NCBI GenBank assembly: GCA_036130055.1
Contig: JAYYOR010000021.1
Location: 1,844 to 65,843 of the forward strand
DNA length: 64,000 nt
Reading direction: 5' to 3'
Source of the DNA: Pseudomonadota bacterium
GTDB lineage: Bacteria > Pseudomonadota > Gammaproteobacteria > Ga0077536
How positions within the stretch are numbered: position 1 is the first letter of the stretch; every line of letters starts with the position of its first letter. Below, piece by piece: positions 1 to 11,376 of this stretch. The notes under the pieces are model-generated. The model was not told where the DNA came from and did no database searches. It worked only from the letters and a program-made list of their open reading frames with translations. The translations under genes and the position numbers were made by a program.

Positions 1-1086
1 TTAAAAGAAAAACTAGAAAATCTTTCAAGTTTTAATTTCTTTGAAGGAAAGAAACAGCCTATTTTAGGGATTGATATCAGCTCCAGTTCGGTTAAAATCG
101 TATCACTTTCTAAGAAAGAAAACGAATATAATCTTGACGGGTATTCAATAAAACCAATCCCTACAGGTTCAATAGTTGACGGGAATATTGCTGAAATCGA
201 ATCACTTGGTGCGGTAATAACGGATGCGCTTAATGAGTGCGAATCCGATTTAAAACAGGCTGCCTGTTGCATCACTAACTCTAAAATAATAACTAAAAAC
301 ATCAATTTACCGGCATCTATCCCAGAAACCGAGCTCGAAGGTCAAGTTCAAACCGAAATGACGAAACATATTCCTTATGCCTTAGAGGAAATAAATCTTG
401 ATTTTCAATTGAATAGGCAAATTAACGAGGACACAAATGAATTTACAGTAATTGCTACAAAAAGTGAAAATATAGACTCGTTAATTGCGGTTTTAGAGTC
501 TGCCGGATTGATAGCAAAGATAATTGATGTTGAGATATATGCTATAGAGAATGCGCTTAATTTCATCTCCAGCATAGACAAAAACTTCTCGATTGATAGA
601 GTGCTAGGAGTTATAGATATTGGAATTTCTGCAACAAAACTTTCAGTTCTGGAAAACGGCAAATTAACCTACACCCGGGAACAAACCTTTGGCGGGAAAC
701 AATTGCTAAACGAACTGCAAAGAAGTCTTGGACTTTCTTTAAAAGATTCAAGGGAATTTTTAAGGAATGGAGAGGCGCTGGACGAAGGACGGCAATCAAT
801 AAAAGAGAACTTCATGAATTCAGCCGCGCAGGAAATCGAAAGAGCTCTTCAGCTCTTTTACTCGTCAGAGAATGCAACCAGAATTGATAATATAGTTTTG
901 GCTGGTGGATTCTCGTCAATGGAAGGGATCGTTCAAAAAATAACAGCTGGCTCTGAAACACAAGCTTTTGTGATTAGCCCTTTTTCAGGAATAGAAATAG
1001 GAAATAGAATAGAGAAATCTAGACTAAAAAATGACCAACCAGCACTCTTGACAGCAATGGGTTTAGCAATAAGAGGGTTTGAGTGA
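1..1086 (+). CDS. pilM: Type IV pilus assembly ATPase-like protein PilM, 5' partial; about 8-10 N-terminal residues lie upstream of the window
   Basis: The frame is open from nt 1. The translation LKEKLENLSSFNFFEGKKQPILGIDISSSSVKI...REQTFGG matches the PilM N-terminus and actin-like fold motifs. It is followed by pilNOPQ. Confidence 0.9.
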   Translation, partial: LKEKLENLSSFNFFEGKKQPILGIDISSSSVKIVSLSKKENEYNLDGYSIKPIPTGSIVDGNIAEIESLGAVITDALNECESDLKQAACCITNSKIITKNINLPASIPETELEGQVQTEMTKHIPYALEEINLDFQLNRQINEDTNEFTVIATKSENIDSLIAVLESAGLIAKIIDVEIYAIENALNFISSIDKNFSIDRVLGVIDIGISATKLSVLENGKLTYTREQTFGGKQLLNELQRSLGLSLKDSREFLRNGEALDEGRQSIKENFMNSAAQEIERALQLFYSSENATRIDNIVLAGGFSSMEGIVQKITAGSETQAFVISPFSGIEIGNRIEKSRLKNDQPALLTAMGLAIRGFE

Positions 1087-1673
1087 TGAGAGAATTTAAC
1101 TTGCTACCTTGGCGGTCTGAATTACGCGAAAAACGTAAACGTGAATATCTTACCTTGCTCGGAACAAGCGCAATAACAAGTCTCATTATCATTGCACTAA
1201 TACACTGGGTTTATTTCCTAAAATTACAAAATCAAAATGAAAGGAACGATTTCTTAAATAACCAAATAAAAATACTCGACAGGCAAATCGTAGAGATAAA
1301 GGAACTCGAAAAAAAAAGGGCAAATCTAATAGCAAGAATGACAACAGTTGAAGAATTACAAACCAGTCGGCATATGACTGTTAAATTGTTTGATGAAATC
1401 AGCCGCACAATTCCTGATGGTGTCTATTTAACCGACATGAATTACAAACTAGATAAATCTAGTCAGGATATCGAAGATATTAAAGTTGACGCAAGCATTA
1501 CAGGTATAGCTCAATCAAATGCAAGAGTTTCACACCTTATGAGAAATATTAAAAGTTCAGATTGGCTAAGCGAACCCGTTTTAAAAGTAATTGAAACCAA
1601 ATCAAAAGAAGGAAAAAGGCAATCTGAATTTATTCTTACGTTCAAAGTAAAAACGCCGGAAGGGACTAAGTAG
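1086..1673 (+). CDS. pilN: Type IV pilus inner-membrane component PilN
   Basis: NLLPWR motif, single TM then coiled coil. Its ATG overlaps the pilM stop as ATGA. Position within the pilMNOPQ operon supports the call. Confidence 0.88.
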   Translation: MREFNLLPWRSELREKRKREYLTLLGTSAITSLIIIALIHWVYFLKLQNQNERNDFLNNQIKILDRQIVEIKELEKKRANLIARMTTVEELQTSRHMTVKLFDEISRTIPDGVYLTDMNYKLDKSSQDIEDIKVDASITGIAQSNARVSHLMRNIKSSDWLSEPVLKVIETKSKEGKRQSEFILTFKVKTPEGTK

Positions 1674-2279
1674 ATGGAATTCAATTTAAATGATTTTAAA
1701 AATCTTGATACCGAGAATATAGGCGAATGGCCTCCCACGGTAAAGCTTTGTGGAATAATTATAATATTCCTATTAATTGGATTTTTAGGTTGGCAATATG
1801 ACTTAAAAAACATGGAGGGCAAGGTCGAACAGGCGAAAAGAAAAGAAATTGAGCTAAGAAATTCTTTTGAATTTAAACAACAAAAAGCAGCAAATTTACC
1901 TGCACTAAAACAGCAACTAAAAGATATTGAAGAAACTTTCGGGGATTTGTTAAAGCGTCTGCCTAGTAAATCTGAAATAGGTGAATTGCTAGTAGACATC
2001 TCTCAACAAGGCCTAGGAGCAGGACTTGAATTCGAGCTCTTTAAACCTGGTGACGAGCAACCACGTGACTTCTATGCCGAAGTTCCAATTGAAATTAAAG
2101 TAATTGGTTCTTATCACCAGTTTGGTAATTTTATAAGTGGGGTTTCTGACCTACCAAGGATTGTTACTAATAACAAACTAGTTATTTATCGAGACAAAAA
2201 AGAAGGTGAGATGATTCTAGAAACGGTTGCTAAAACCTATCGTTATCTCGATGAAGGGGAGACTGATGAAGCAAAATAA
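1674..2279 (+). CDS. pilO: Type IV pilus component PilO
   Basis: N-terminal TM plus periplasmic domain. It starts immediately after the pilN stop, in operon position. Confidence 0.85.
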   Translation: MEFNLNDFKNLDTENIGEWPPTVKLCGIIIIFLLIGFLGWQYDLKNMEGKVEQAKRKEIELRNSFEFKQQKAANLPALKQQLKDIEETFGDLLKRLPSKSEIGELLVDISQQGLGAGLEFELFKPGDEQPRDFYAEVPIEIKVIGSYHQFGNFISGVSDLPRIVTNNKLVIYRDKKEGEMILETVAKTYRYLDEGETDEAK

Positions 2280-2862
2280 AAGCGTTTTCTATAGTAAAAC
2301 AAAATACAATTTGTCTTTAGTCGTTAATTTTTTTCTTTTTGCTTTAGTTTTGTTTTTGTCTGGATGCGGTGATAAAGAAATGGCCGAGCTACAAAAATAC
2401 ACAGAAAATACCCTTGCAAAACCTGGACGTCCAGTGGAACCTCTGCCTCCGATTAAACCCTATGTTCGCCATCTCTACACAGCAGAAAAAGAAGGGCTAC
2501 GGGACCCTTTTGAACCATTTTTCTTCGGAATTTCCGGGGGAGAATCTCCCGAATCACTTAAAGACAACGGACAAGATCGCTATACGCAAGAGATACTTAC
2601 GCATAATAAAGAGGAGTTGGAATATTTTGAATTAGATAGCCTGAGAATGGTTGGGACATTGGAGGAATCGGGTAAATTATGGGGTATAATTAGGGACCAA
2701 GATGGCCTTGTCTATAAAGTATCAAGAGGGAATTACATGGGTCGTAATTACGGTAAAATAGAGAGAATCAGCGAAGGGGAAATTAGTTTACGAGAAATCA
2801 TACAAAGCCCTGGCGGAAAATGGGCAGAAAGAACTGCGAGATTATCACTTGAGGAAGAATAA
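2266..2862 (+). CDS. pilP: Type IV pilus lipoprotein PilP
   Basis: Signal peptide with LSGC lipobox. A GGGGAG Shine-Dalgarno lies 5 nt before the internal ATG, and the gene overlaps the pilO 3' end by 14 nt. Operon position supports the call. Confidence 0.8.
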   Translation: MKQNKSVFYSKTKYNLSLVVNFFLFALVLFLSGCGDKEMAELQKYTENTLAKPGRPVEPLPPIKPYVRHLYTAEKEGLRDPFEPFFFGISGGESPESLKDNGQDRYTQEILTHNKEELEYFELDSLRMVGTLEESGKLWGIIRDQDGLVYKVSRGNYMGRNYGKIERISEGEISLREIIQSPGGKWAERTARLSLEEE

Positions 2863-2877
2863 TAGGAGAGAATTCGG

Positions 2878-4950
2878 ATGATTAGTGAGCAAAATCGTTT
2901 ATATACTGTATTAACTTTAACAGTATTACTGTCTTCAAGCCAGACCTTTGCAGAAAATTTAATAAAAGATATAGAATTCAATAAAACTGAATTAGGTTCG
3001 GAAATTATTATTTTAAAAAGCGGTTCCAACCAAGAGGAGCCTAAAATTTTTACTACTCAAACACCGGCAACCATCGCAATTGATTTCCACAACACGCGCC
3101 TCGCACTTGACAATAACCGAATAGAAATAGGTGAGAAAAACATACGAAATGTAATCGCCGTAGAAACCCAAAAAAAATCAAGGGTTATAGTAGATTTAAA
3201 AAGCTTAGCTCCTTATGAAGTTAAGAATACGAATAATAAGACTTATTTGTTAGTCTCAAATTCGGAACTGGAAGAACCCAACACCTACAACTCAATGCAG
3301 GGGGCTGCGTCAATTGATAAAATTGATTTTGAAATAACCAAAGACGGGAAAAGCAGAGTAATTATAGATCTTTCGCAAGCTGATGTAGATATCGATATAG
3401 CTGAGGCAGGAAATAATATTAATGTGAAATTACCCGGGCTCAAAGTGTCTAAAAATTTAGCGCGCGAAATCGACGTTTCAGATTTAAATGGTCAAGTTAT
3501 ATTGATTGCCCTGCAAAAAGCTAACGAAGATGCTCCATTATTGAAGATATACAACAAATCAAAATCAGAATTTTCGACTTATCAGACCGATAAACAGCTA
3601 GTGATTGAAGTTGAGCCGAAACTAAAAAATGAGTTAGAGGTGGAAAGCATTCAAAGTGAATTTACTGGCGAAAAATTATCTTTAAACTTTCAAGATATTG
3701 AAGTTAGGGCAATACTTCAGCTCCTAGCTGATTTTACCGACAAAAATCTAGTTGCCAGTGACTCAGTAGGTGGCAGTCTGACCCTTCGTCTAAAAAACGT
3801 TCCCTGGGACCAAGCCCTTGATATTATTTTGAAAGCGAGGGGTCTTGGTAAGCGCGAGGTAGGCAACGTTATGATGGTAGCCCCGCAAGAAGAGCTGACC
3901 GCTCGTGAAAGACTAGAAATGGAGAGTAAGCAACAATACTTAGAACTTAGTCCTTTAAAAACTGAATTTATTCAAGTCAATTATGCAAAAGCCTCTGATA
4001 TGGCAAGTATTATTAAAGACGAAGCAAATAATCTTATTTCTGAGCGGGGCAATGTGAGCGTTGACGAAAGGACTAATACCTTGTTAGTTCAAGAAACCAG
4101 TGAATATCTAAAAGAAATAAAAACAATTCTAAAAGCATTAGATATCCCTGTGAAACAAGTGCAAATCGAATCGAAAATTGTGATCGCAAATGATGACTTT
4201 TCTAGAGGACTCGGTGTAAAACTTGGCTATAGCTTACGAACGTCTCCATTAGTCTTAGACGGTGCCAAAACAAATAACAGTGTAATTGTGGGTGGTGGTA
4301 TTGGCGGCGACACCGCGGTTTCTACAGGAACTGGATTTCTCAATGCTGATAATTCGTCAACTCCTCAGGAAAACTATCAGGTATCTTTACCAATAACTTC
4401 GCCGACCGGCGCTCTAAAAATGTTTGTCGGAAGACAAGGTAGCTATCTACTTAATTTAGAATTACAGGCAGCTCAGGCGGAAGGAAAAGGGGAAATTATC
4501 TCATCACCCACAGTCATAACAGCTAATCAAAGAGAAGCAACTATCGAATCAGGAACCGAAATTCCCTACCTTGAAGCCTCTTCGAGTGGAGCAACATCCG
4601 TAGCCTTTAAAAAGGCTGTTTTGAGTTTGAAAGTAACCCCTCAAATAACACCTGACAAAAGAATAATTATGGATTTACGTGTTAATAAGGATTCAGTAGG
4701 GACTATCTTTTCGGGTATACCAAGTATAGATACTAACAATCTTATTACTCAAGTTCTTGTAGAAGATGGAGAAACCGTGGTTCTCGGCGGAGTATATGAA
4801 ACCACAGATACAAATAACAGAGGCTCAATACCTCTGCTAGGCGACATTCCGATGTTAGGGGTTCTTTTCAGAAACAAAACAAAAACTCAAAAGAAAAAAG
4901 AACTTCTCGTTTTTATTACACCACAAATAATAGATCAAACTTCTAAATAG
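2878..4950 (+). CDS. pilQ: Type IV pilus secretin PilQ with N-terminal AMIN-like repeats
   Basis: 690 aa. The secretin C-domain reads VLGGV...IPLLGDIPMLGVLF and sits after pilP. Confidence 0.92.
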   Translation: MISEQNRLYTVLTLTVLLSSSQTFAENLIKDIEFNKTELGSEIIILKSGSNQEEPKIFTTQTPATIAIDFHNTRLALDNNRIEIGEKNIRNVIAVETQKKSRVIVDLKSLAPYEVKNTNNKTYLLVSNSELEEPNTYNSMQGAASIDKIDFEITKDGKSRVIIDLSQADVDIDIAEAGNNINVKLPGLKVSKNLAREIDVSDLNGQVILIALQKANEDAPLLKIYNKSKSEFSTYQTDKQLVIEVEPKLKNELEVESIQSEFTGEKLSLNFQDIEVRAILQLLADFTDKNLVASDSVGGSLTLRLKNVPWDQALDIILKARGLGKREVGNVMMVAPQEELTARERLEMESKQQYLELSPLKTEFIQVNYAKASDMASIIKDEANNLISERGNVSVDERTNTLLVQETSEYLKEIKTILKALDIPVKQVQIESKIVIANDDFSRGLGVKLGYSLRTSPLVLDGAKTNNSVIVGGGIGGDTAVSTGTGFLNADNSSTPQENYQVSLPITSPTGALKMFVGRQGSYLLNLELQAAQAEGKGEIISSPTVITANQREATIESGTEIPYLEASSSGATSVAFKKAVLSLKVTPQITPDKRIIMDLRVNKDSVGTIFSGIPSIDTNNLITQVLVEDGETVVLGGVYETTDTNNRGSIPLLGDIPMLGVLFRNKTKTQKKKELLVFITPQIIDQTSK

Positions 4951-4981
4951 TAACCATATTAATGATAAAGATTAGTAACTC

Positions 4982-5512
4982 GTGAGCAGAACAATATCTC
5001 AACGTTACTCTTTAATCGGCCCAATGGGCGCTGGCAAAACAACCGTTGGTATGAGTTTATCCTCAGCTTTGAACTATAAATTTATTGACATGGACAAAGA
5101 AATTGAAAGGAGTACTGGAGCCGAAATTTCTTTGATTTTTGAAAAAGAGGGCGAAGCAGGGTTTAGAAAGAGAGAGAAAAGACTACTGGATAGTCTTCTG
5201 ACCAAAACGTGTATAGTTATCTCTACAGGAGGTGGGATTATTACGGACCATCAAAATCGAGAAGCTTTAAAAAAAACCACTACTGTAATTTACCTACAAT
5301 GCGATCCAATGACCAGCTTAAGCAGAACAAAAAATGATCGGAAGAGACCATTACTCCAAAACTCGGATCCTTTGAGTAAACTAGAAGAACTTTTTAAGGT
5401 AAGAGAAAATTTTTACTTTGAAACAGCTCACCACACTATCAATGTTAATAATCTATCTTCAAAAGCCGTTTTAACAAAAATTTTAAAAACGTTACAAAAT
5501 GGAAATAGTTAA
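4982..5512 (+). CDS. aroK: Shikimate kinase
   Basis: P-loop GPMGAGKTTVG. GTG start. Follows pilQ as in gammaproteobacteria. Confidence 0.9.
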   Translation: MSRTISQRYSLIGPMGAGKTTVGMSLSSALNYKFIDMDKEIERSTGAEISLIFEKEGEAGFRKREKRLLDSLLTKTCIVISTGGGIITDHQNREALKKTTTVIYLQCDPMTSLSRTKNDRKRPLLQNSDPLSKLEELFKVRENFYFETAHHTINVNNLSSKAVLTKILKTLQNGNS

Positions 5513-6569
5513 AGTCACGTTATCAAACAATGAGTATGAAATTCTAATTGGGGATGGAGTTATAGAATCTTTATCGTCAATGAAAGAAATTTTTAAGTCA
5601 AAAAAAATTTTAGTACTTACTGACAAAAATATCGCAACACTATACAACGACAAAATACAGAAGTTTATTAATCCACGAAATCACTTTAAATACGTTCTTG
5701 ATCCTGGTGAAGAACAAAAAAATTTATATAACTTTGAACGCATTCTTGAATTTATGTTAACTAAAAATTTTGATAGAGACTCGTTAATTGTCGCTTTTGG
5801 TGGAGGGGTTATAGGAGACTTAGGGGGATTTGTTGCTTCCTGTTATCAAAGAGGAATTAATGTTATACAAATTCCAACAACATTATTAGCCCAAGTTGAT
5901 TCATCTGTTGGAGGAAAAACAGCTGTTAACCATGTATTAGGAAAAAACATGATTGGCACCTTTCATCAGCCGTTAAGAGTAATTTGCGACGTTTCTTTTC
6001 TAGAAACACTTCCACAGAGGGAATACATATCTGGGATCGCCGAAATAATAAAATATGGCGTAATAGGCGATTTAAAATTTTTTAACTGGTTAGAACAGAA
6101 TACTAGCAAATTATTAAGACGAGATAGCCAAACTCTCAAATACGCAGTAAAACGCTCATGCGAGAACAAAAAAGATATAGTCAATGAAGATGAAAAAGAA
6201 AAAGGGAAACGGGCATTACTTAATTTTGGACATACATTTGGTCATGCGGTGGAAAATCTTACCGGCTATAACACCTGGCTACATGGGGAGGCAGTTTCCA
6301 TAGGAATGTGCATGGCCGCTAAATTATCAAAAGACCTAGGACTGATAGATCAAGAATCATCTGAGCGGGTTATAAATTTATTAAAAAAATACGGCCTCCC
6401 AGTAAAAAGCGATTCATTGTTCGATGTAAAAAAATTTCTTGATGTAATGTCACTTGATAAGAAAAATCACGACGGTAAAATTAACTTAATTCTTTTAAAC
6501 GACCTAGGGTTTGCGGTAAAAAAGTCGGATATACCAACTAAAATGATAGTAGGGGTAATTAACGGCTGA
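5499..6569 (+). CDS. aroB: 3-dehydroquinate synthase
   Basis: GGGVIGDLGGF and NAD/metal-binding motifs. Overlaps aroK by 14 nt. Confidence 0.92.
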   Translation: MEIVKVTLSNNEYEILIGDGVIESLSSMKEIFKSKKILVLTDKNIATLYNDKIQKFINPRNHFKYVLDPGEEQKNLYNFERILEFMLTKNFDRDSLIVAFGGGVIGDLGGFVASCYQRGINVIQIPTTLLAQVDSSVGGKTAVNHVLGKNMIGTFHQPLRVICDVSFLETLPQREYISGIAEIIKYGVIGDLKFFNWLEQNTSKLLRRDSQTLKYAVKRSCENKKDIVNEDEKEKGKRALLNFGHTFGHAVENLTGYNTWLHGEAVSIGMCMAAKLSKDLGLIDQESSERVINLLKKYGLPVKSDSLFDVKKFLDVMSLDKKNHDGKINLILLNDLGFAVKKSDIPTKMIVGVING

Positions 6570-6695
6570 AATCAAAAAATAGAAAATCATGTTATTTAGC
6601 TTCATTTCATAGCAATTAATGACTTTATTAGATAGATTGTTTCGATTTTAGCAAGTTAACATCAATGAAAGATGGCGACACCTGCGTTTAATTAG

Positions 6696-6701
6696 TATAA
6701 T
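6696..6701 (+). promoter_or_regulatory. Candidate sigma70 -10 hexamer TATAAT for gltBD in the 193-bp aroB-gltB spacer; coordinates approximate
   Basis: TATAAT lies about 60 nt upstream of the gltB ATG. The -35 element is weak, TGGCGA with 17 nt spacing. This is the largest non-coding gap in the window. Confidence 0.25.
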
Positions 6702-6762
6702 GTGTTCTATATTACGTTTTTCTTCGTAATAAGTCTGAATTACTCTGGAGAACACTCTATCG

Positions 6763-9700
6763 ATGAATAACGATAGCAACTACTTAGCGCCAAAAACTGC
6801 CAAAACAGGCTCAAATTCTTCGAAGGGACTCTACGATCCGTCTTTTGAGCACGATTCGTGCGGCATCGGTTTTCTCGCAAATTTAGACGGCAAATCTGAA
6901 CGAAAAATCGTTGAGCACGCTTTAACAATATCCGAAAGATTAGAACACAGGGGCGGCTGTGGATGTGAAGATAACACAGGAGACGGTGCCGGATTGCTTA
7001 TCCAGATGCCTGATGAATTTTTCCGTACGATTCTTAATGAGCAAGAAATACAACTCCCGAAAGCGGGACAATATGGATCTGGTATGGTTTTTCTTTCGCA
7101 AAATTCTGACCAAAGAAAAAAACAAAAAAGCCTTATTGAGTCAATCTGCGAAGATGAAAACCAACAAGTCTTCTTCTGGAGGAACGTACCTATAAATGAC
7201 GACGAAATCGGACCTACAGCAAAAAACGCTAGGCCGTTTGTCGAACAGATTTTTATAAAATCTTGTTATGATGTATCTAGCCAGCTTGCATTTGAACGAA
7301 AGTTGTTCGTAATCAGGAAATTAGTAGAACAGCGAGTATCAAAGGATGCATCGCTTGGTCAGTGTTATTTTTCTAGCTTATCCAGTCGCACCTTTTGTTA
7401 TAAAGGGATGTTACTTGGAAAACAACTCAGAGGTACCTTTCCAGACCTCAATTCCCCCGAATTTAAAAGCGCAATAGCATTGGTACACCAAAGATTTTCG
7501 ACAAATACATTTCCTTCTTGGGCTTTGGCACAACCCTTTAGATTTGTCGCTCACAACGGGGAAATAAACACCGTTCGGGGAAATCGAAATTGGATGGCCG
7601 CTCGAGAAAGTCTTTGCGACTCCAAAGACTTCGGGGAAGATTTAAAGAAGGTATTTCCAGTTATATCTCAAGGGAACTCAGACTCAGCATCTTTTGATGA
7701 GGTACTTGAATTTTTGTTTTTAACCGGAAGACCCCTCCCACTATCTGTATTAATGATGATTCCGGAAGCGTGGAGTGGCCATGACTCGATGCCCGACGAT
7801 CTGAAGGCTTTTTATGAATATCATTCCTGTTTAATGGAGCCATGGGATGGACCAGCTTCACTAGTCTTTACTGACGGACAAGTTGTTGGCGCAGTACTTG
7901 ATAGAAACGGACTCAGACCGTCAAGGTATTACGTAACCAAAGATAATATGGTGGTTTTGGCGTCTGAGGTTGGCGTACTCGATATCCCTCCTGAAAACAT
8001 AAAGTACAAGGAACGTCTCAGGCCTGGAAGAATTTTTCTCGTTGATACAGTTGAAGGCAGGATAATCGAAGATACTGAACTTAAAAATAAATATGCCGGC
8101 CAAAAACCTTACAGACAGTGGTTAAATCAGGGGATTATAAGATTAGATGATTTACCGCTAAACAAACCTACTACCCCGGAGGTAAACCGAACCACGCTTA
8201 TCGAAAAACAAATGATTTTTGGATACACGGATGAGGACCTAAAACTCCTTATGCAGCCAATGGCCGAAAACGGAGTTGAGGCGACCGGTTCGATGGGAAC
8301 CGACAGTGCATTAGCAATTCTTTCAAAACGTTCCCGTTCACTATTTGATTACTTTAAACAACTGTTTGCTCAAGTTACCAACCCACCCATAGATGGAATC
8401 AGAGAAGAACTTGTTACACAAACTTGCGACCTGGTAGGACCCAGTCAAAATCTATTGCAGCCCGATAAAAATAGCTGCAAAAAAATCTACTTGGATTCTC
8501 TAGTGATCAAGAATGAAGAATTTGCAAAATTAGAAAATCTCAACAACGGAGGCTTAAGTTCCGTACAGATTCCGATTACCTATGAAATCGAAAAAGGAAC
8601 GAAGGGTCTTGAAGATGCCATCTCTAAGATTTGCCAAAAAGCTAACGAAGAGGCGAACAAAAAGAATTCTTTCATAATTTTAACCGATAAAAATGCTAGT
8701 CAAGACTTAGCGCCTATTCCTAGCGCCCTTGTGGTTTCAGCTGTACATCACCACTTGATTGAAAAAGGCAATAGGATGAAAACAGCCATTTTAATTCAAT
8801 CAGGTGAACCACGAGAAGTTCATCATTTTGCGGTGTTGATAGGATACGGGGCTGACGCAGTTAACCCATATCTTGCCTTTGATTCGCTTGAGGCGATGTT
8901 AATAAATGATAGTGAATTTTCAAAAAAAATCCGCGCTCAAAAAAATAACTTCAAGTTAGTTGCCCCAGATAACTATGTAAAAGCAGTGAATAAAGGACTG
9001 GTCAAAGTAATGTCCAAAATGGGCATATCAAGTGTTCAATCATACAGAGGAGCTCAAATTTTTGAAGCGATAGGACTCAACTCTGAGCTCGTAAACAAAT
9101 ACTTCAAGGGCACACCAAGCCGAATAGAAGGGATAGATCTCGAGACACTACATCAAGAAATTTGTATGAAATATTTAAAAGCATTTCCTAAGAGGGGTTC
9201 GACCAAACCCCGACTTGACTCCGGTGGGGAATACCAATGGCGTCGAGACGGTGAATATCATCTGTTTAATCCGGAAACTGTATTCAAATTACAACATGCC
9301 ACCCAGCAAGGAAGATATGACATATTTAAAGAATATTCTGAACTCGTAGATGAGCAGTCAAAAAATCGCTCAACCTTAAGAGGCTTGTTTAAATTTAAAC
9401 CAACCAGTCCAATACCTATAGAGGAAGTAGAATCCGCTCACCACATAATGAAGCGATTCCATACTGGGGCAATGTCATATGGTTCCATCAGCGGGGAGGC
9501 CCATGAGACTCTAGCTGTAGCTCTTAATCGAGTTGGCGGTAAATCAAACACCGGAGAGGGTGGAGAAGACCCAGCGAGATTTAAACCAGACAAGAATGGA
9601 GATTTAAAACGAAGCGCGATAAAACAAGTAGCTTCAGGAAGGTTCGGGGTAACAAGTGAATATTTAGTAAATTCTGATGACATCCAAATAAAAATGGCTC

Positions 9701-11376
9701 AAGGAGCTAAACCTGGAGAAGGCGGGCAACTTCCAGGACATAAAGTATATCCTTGGGTAGCAAAAGTAAGGGGTTCTACTCCAGGAGTAGGCTTAATCTC
9801 TCCACCACCTCACCATGATATTTATTCAATCGAGGACTTAGCCCAACTTATACATGATTTAAAAAATTCAAATCCTGAAGCCAGAGTCCATGTTAAACTA
9901 GTTTCTGAAGTAGGGGTCGGTACAGTCGCTGCAGGTGTCGCTAAAGCACATTCTGACGTCGTACTAATTTCAGGTTACGACGGAGGCACTGGCGCTTCGC
10001 CCGTTACATCTTTGAAACATGCGGGCGTTCCTTGGGAGCTAGGGTTAGCGGAAACGCAACAAGTATTGATCGAAAATAATTTAAGAGACCGAATAACAGT
10101 TCAAGTCGATGGACAAATGAAAACTGCAAGGGACTGCATCATAGGAGCAATGCTCGGCGCGGAGGAATTCGGTTTTTCCACAGCACCATTGGTTGTAATG
10201 GGCTGTATAATGATGAGAGTCTGCCATCTCAACACTTGTCCTGTTGGTGTTGCAACACAAGATCCTGAACTCAGAAAAAAATTCGCTGGGAAACCTGAAT
10301 TCGTGGAAAACTTTTTTCAATTCATCGCGGAAGAAATGAGAGAGATCATGGCATCATTAGGAGTTAGAAGTATAGATAAGCTCATAGGCCAAGTAGAATA
10401 TTTAGATTATGAACCGGCACTCGATCACTGGAAAGCAAAAGGGCTGAATTTAAGTTCCATTCTTAAGGCACCGCCCTCAGATTACAAAGGGGCGCGTTAC
10501 AGAACAAAACATCAAAATCATAAACTTGAAAAATCTCTGGATGCAACCAAAATTCTTGATATTTGTAAGGATGCAATCGAAAAGAAGAAACCCGTGCAGG
10601 CAGAATTAGAGATAAAAAGCACTAATCGCACTGTTGGCACAATACTTGGATACGAAATAACCAAAAAATATGGCGGGGAAGGACTCCCTCAAGATACTAT
10701 TAGGTTAAAGTTTCATGGTTCCGCTGGTCAAAGTTTTGGCGCATTCGTTCCAAATGGTGTAACAATGTATGTTGAGGGCGACGCAAACGATTACGTCGGC
10801 AAAGGACTTTCAGGAGGTAAAATCGTAATATATCCTCCGAAGTCTTCAACGTTTGTTGCTGAACACAATATACTTATCGGAAATGTCGTTTTATATGGCG
10901 CAACCTCAGGAGAAGCTTATTTCAGAGGGGTCGCAGGCGAGAGATTTGCTGTTAGGAATAGTGGCGCAAGTGCTGTCGTTGAAGGTGTCGGAGATCATGG
11001 TTGCGAATACATGACCGGCGGTGAAGTAGTAATTCTTGGACCCACAGGAAGAAACTTTGCAGCAGGAATGTCGGGAGGCTTAGCATTTGTTTACGATCCC
11101 GCAGAACAGTTATCAAATCTGTGTAATCACCAAATGATTGATGTTGAGGCTGTTCCCGATGAAAAAACAGAAAATTTGAAAAATAAAATCGAATCCCATG
11201 TCCGCTATACCAACAGCCATATAGGAAAAAAAATTCTAGACCACTGGGAAGAAAGCCGTAATTATTTCAAACTCGTTATTCCAAAAGATTATAAGCGGGT
11301 TTTACAAGCAATTGAAAAAGCAGAATTAGAAGGAACGCCAAAAGACGAAGCAATAATGGAGGCTGCACATGGCTGA
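6763..11376 (+). CDS. gltB: Glutamate synthase (NADPH) large subunit
   Basis: 1537 aa. N-terminal Cys-amidotransferase (CGIGF), FMN and GXGXG domains. Confidence 0.95.
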   Translation: MNNDSNYLAPKTAKTGSNSSKGLYDPSFEHDSCGIGFLANLDGKSERKIVEHALTISERLEHRGGCGCEDNTGDGAGLLIQMPDEFFRTILNEQEIQLPKAGQYGSGMVFLSQNSDQRKKQKSLIESICEDENQQVFFWRNVPINDDEIGPTAKNARPFVEQIFIKSCYDVSSQLAFERKLFVIRKLVEQRVSKDASLGQCYFSSLSSRTFCYKGMLLGKQLRGTFPDLNSPEFKSAIALVHQRFSTNTFPSWALAQPFRFVAHNGEINTVRGNRNWMAARESLCDSKDFGEDLKKVFPVISQGNSDSASFDEVLEFLFLTGRPLPLSVLMMIPEAWSGHDSMPDDLKAFYEYHSCLMEPWDGPASLVFTDGQVVGAVLDRNGLRPSRYYVTKDNMVVLASEVGVLDIPPENIKYKERLRPGRIFLVDTVEGRIIEDTELKNKYAGQKPYRQWLNQGIIRLDDLPLNKPTTPEVNRTTLIEKQMIFGYTDEDLKLLMQPMAENGVEATGSMGTDSALAILSKRSRSLFDYFKQLFAQVTNPPIDGIREELVTQTCDLVGPSQNLLQPDKNSCKKIYLDSLVIKNEEFAKLENLNNGGLSSVQIPITYEIEKGTKGLEDAISKICQKANEEANKKNSFIILTDKNASQDLAPIPSALVVSAVHHHLIEKGNRMKTAILIQSGEPREVHHFAVLIGYGADAVNPYLAFDSLEAMLINDSEFSKKIRAQKNNFKLVAPDNYVKAVNKGLVKVMSKMGISSVQSYRGAQIFEAIGLNSELVNKYFKGTPSRIEGIDLETLHQEICMKYLKAFPKRGSTKPRLDSGGEYQWRRDGEYHLFNPETVFKLQHATQQGRYDIFKEYSELVDEQSKNRSTLRGLFKFKPTSPIPIEEVESAHHIMKRFHTGAMSYGSISGEAHETLAVALNRVGGKSNTGEGGEDPARFKPDKNGDLKRSAIKQVASGRFGVTSEYLVNSDDIQIKMAQGAKPGEGGQLPGHKVYPWVAKVRGSTPGVGLISPPPHHDIYSIEDLAQLIHDLKNSNPEARVHVKLVSEVGVGTVAAGVAKAHSDVVLISGYDGGTGASPVTSLKHAGVPWELGLAETQQVLIENNLRDRITVQVDGQMKTARDCIIGAMLGAEEFGFSTAPLVVMGCIMMRVCHLNTCPVGVATQDPELRKKFAGKPEFVENFFQFIAEEMREIMASLGVRSIDKLIGQVEYLDYEPALDHWKAKGLNLSSILKAPPSDYKGARYRTKHQNHKLEKSLDATKILDICKDAIEKKKPVQAELEIKSTNRTVGTILGYEITKKYGGEGLPQDTIRLKFHGSAGQSFGAFVPNGVTMYVEGDANDYVGKGLSGGKIVIYPPKSSTFVAEHNILIGNVVLYGATSGEAYFRGVAGERFAVRNSGASAVVEGVGDHGCEYMTGGEVVILGPTGRNFAAGMSGGLAFVYDPAEQLSNLCNHQMIDVEAVPDEKTENLKNKIESHVRYTNSHIGKKILDHWEESRNYFKLVIPKDYKRVLQAIEKAELEGTPKDEAIMEAAHG

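Noticed and set aside
1511-1999. 162-aa antisense ORF spanning the pilN/pilO junction. Similar antisense ORFs lie at 13274-13651 in hemE, 22114-22527 in pcnB, 25006-25410 in pepA, 41116-41619 in bamB, 44926-45360 in dapA and 60863-61330 in mgtE.
   Set aside because: All lie wholly inside well-supported conserved genes on the opposite strand. They have low-complexity composition typical of shadow frames in AT-rich DNA and no recognisable motifs.
2369-2635. 88-aa same-strand alternative-frame ORF inside pilP.
   Set aside because: It lies entirely within pilP coding sequence in another frame, with no Shine-Dalgarno or conservation signal.
6570-6762. Searched intergenic gaps (6570-6762, 38690-38854, 45786-45898, 46961-47089) for tRNA or other structured RNA genes.
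   Set aside because: No GTTCGAATC-like T-loop or acceptor-stem pairing was found. GGTTCGA-like strings occur only inside coding regions (gltB, hisS).
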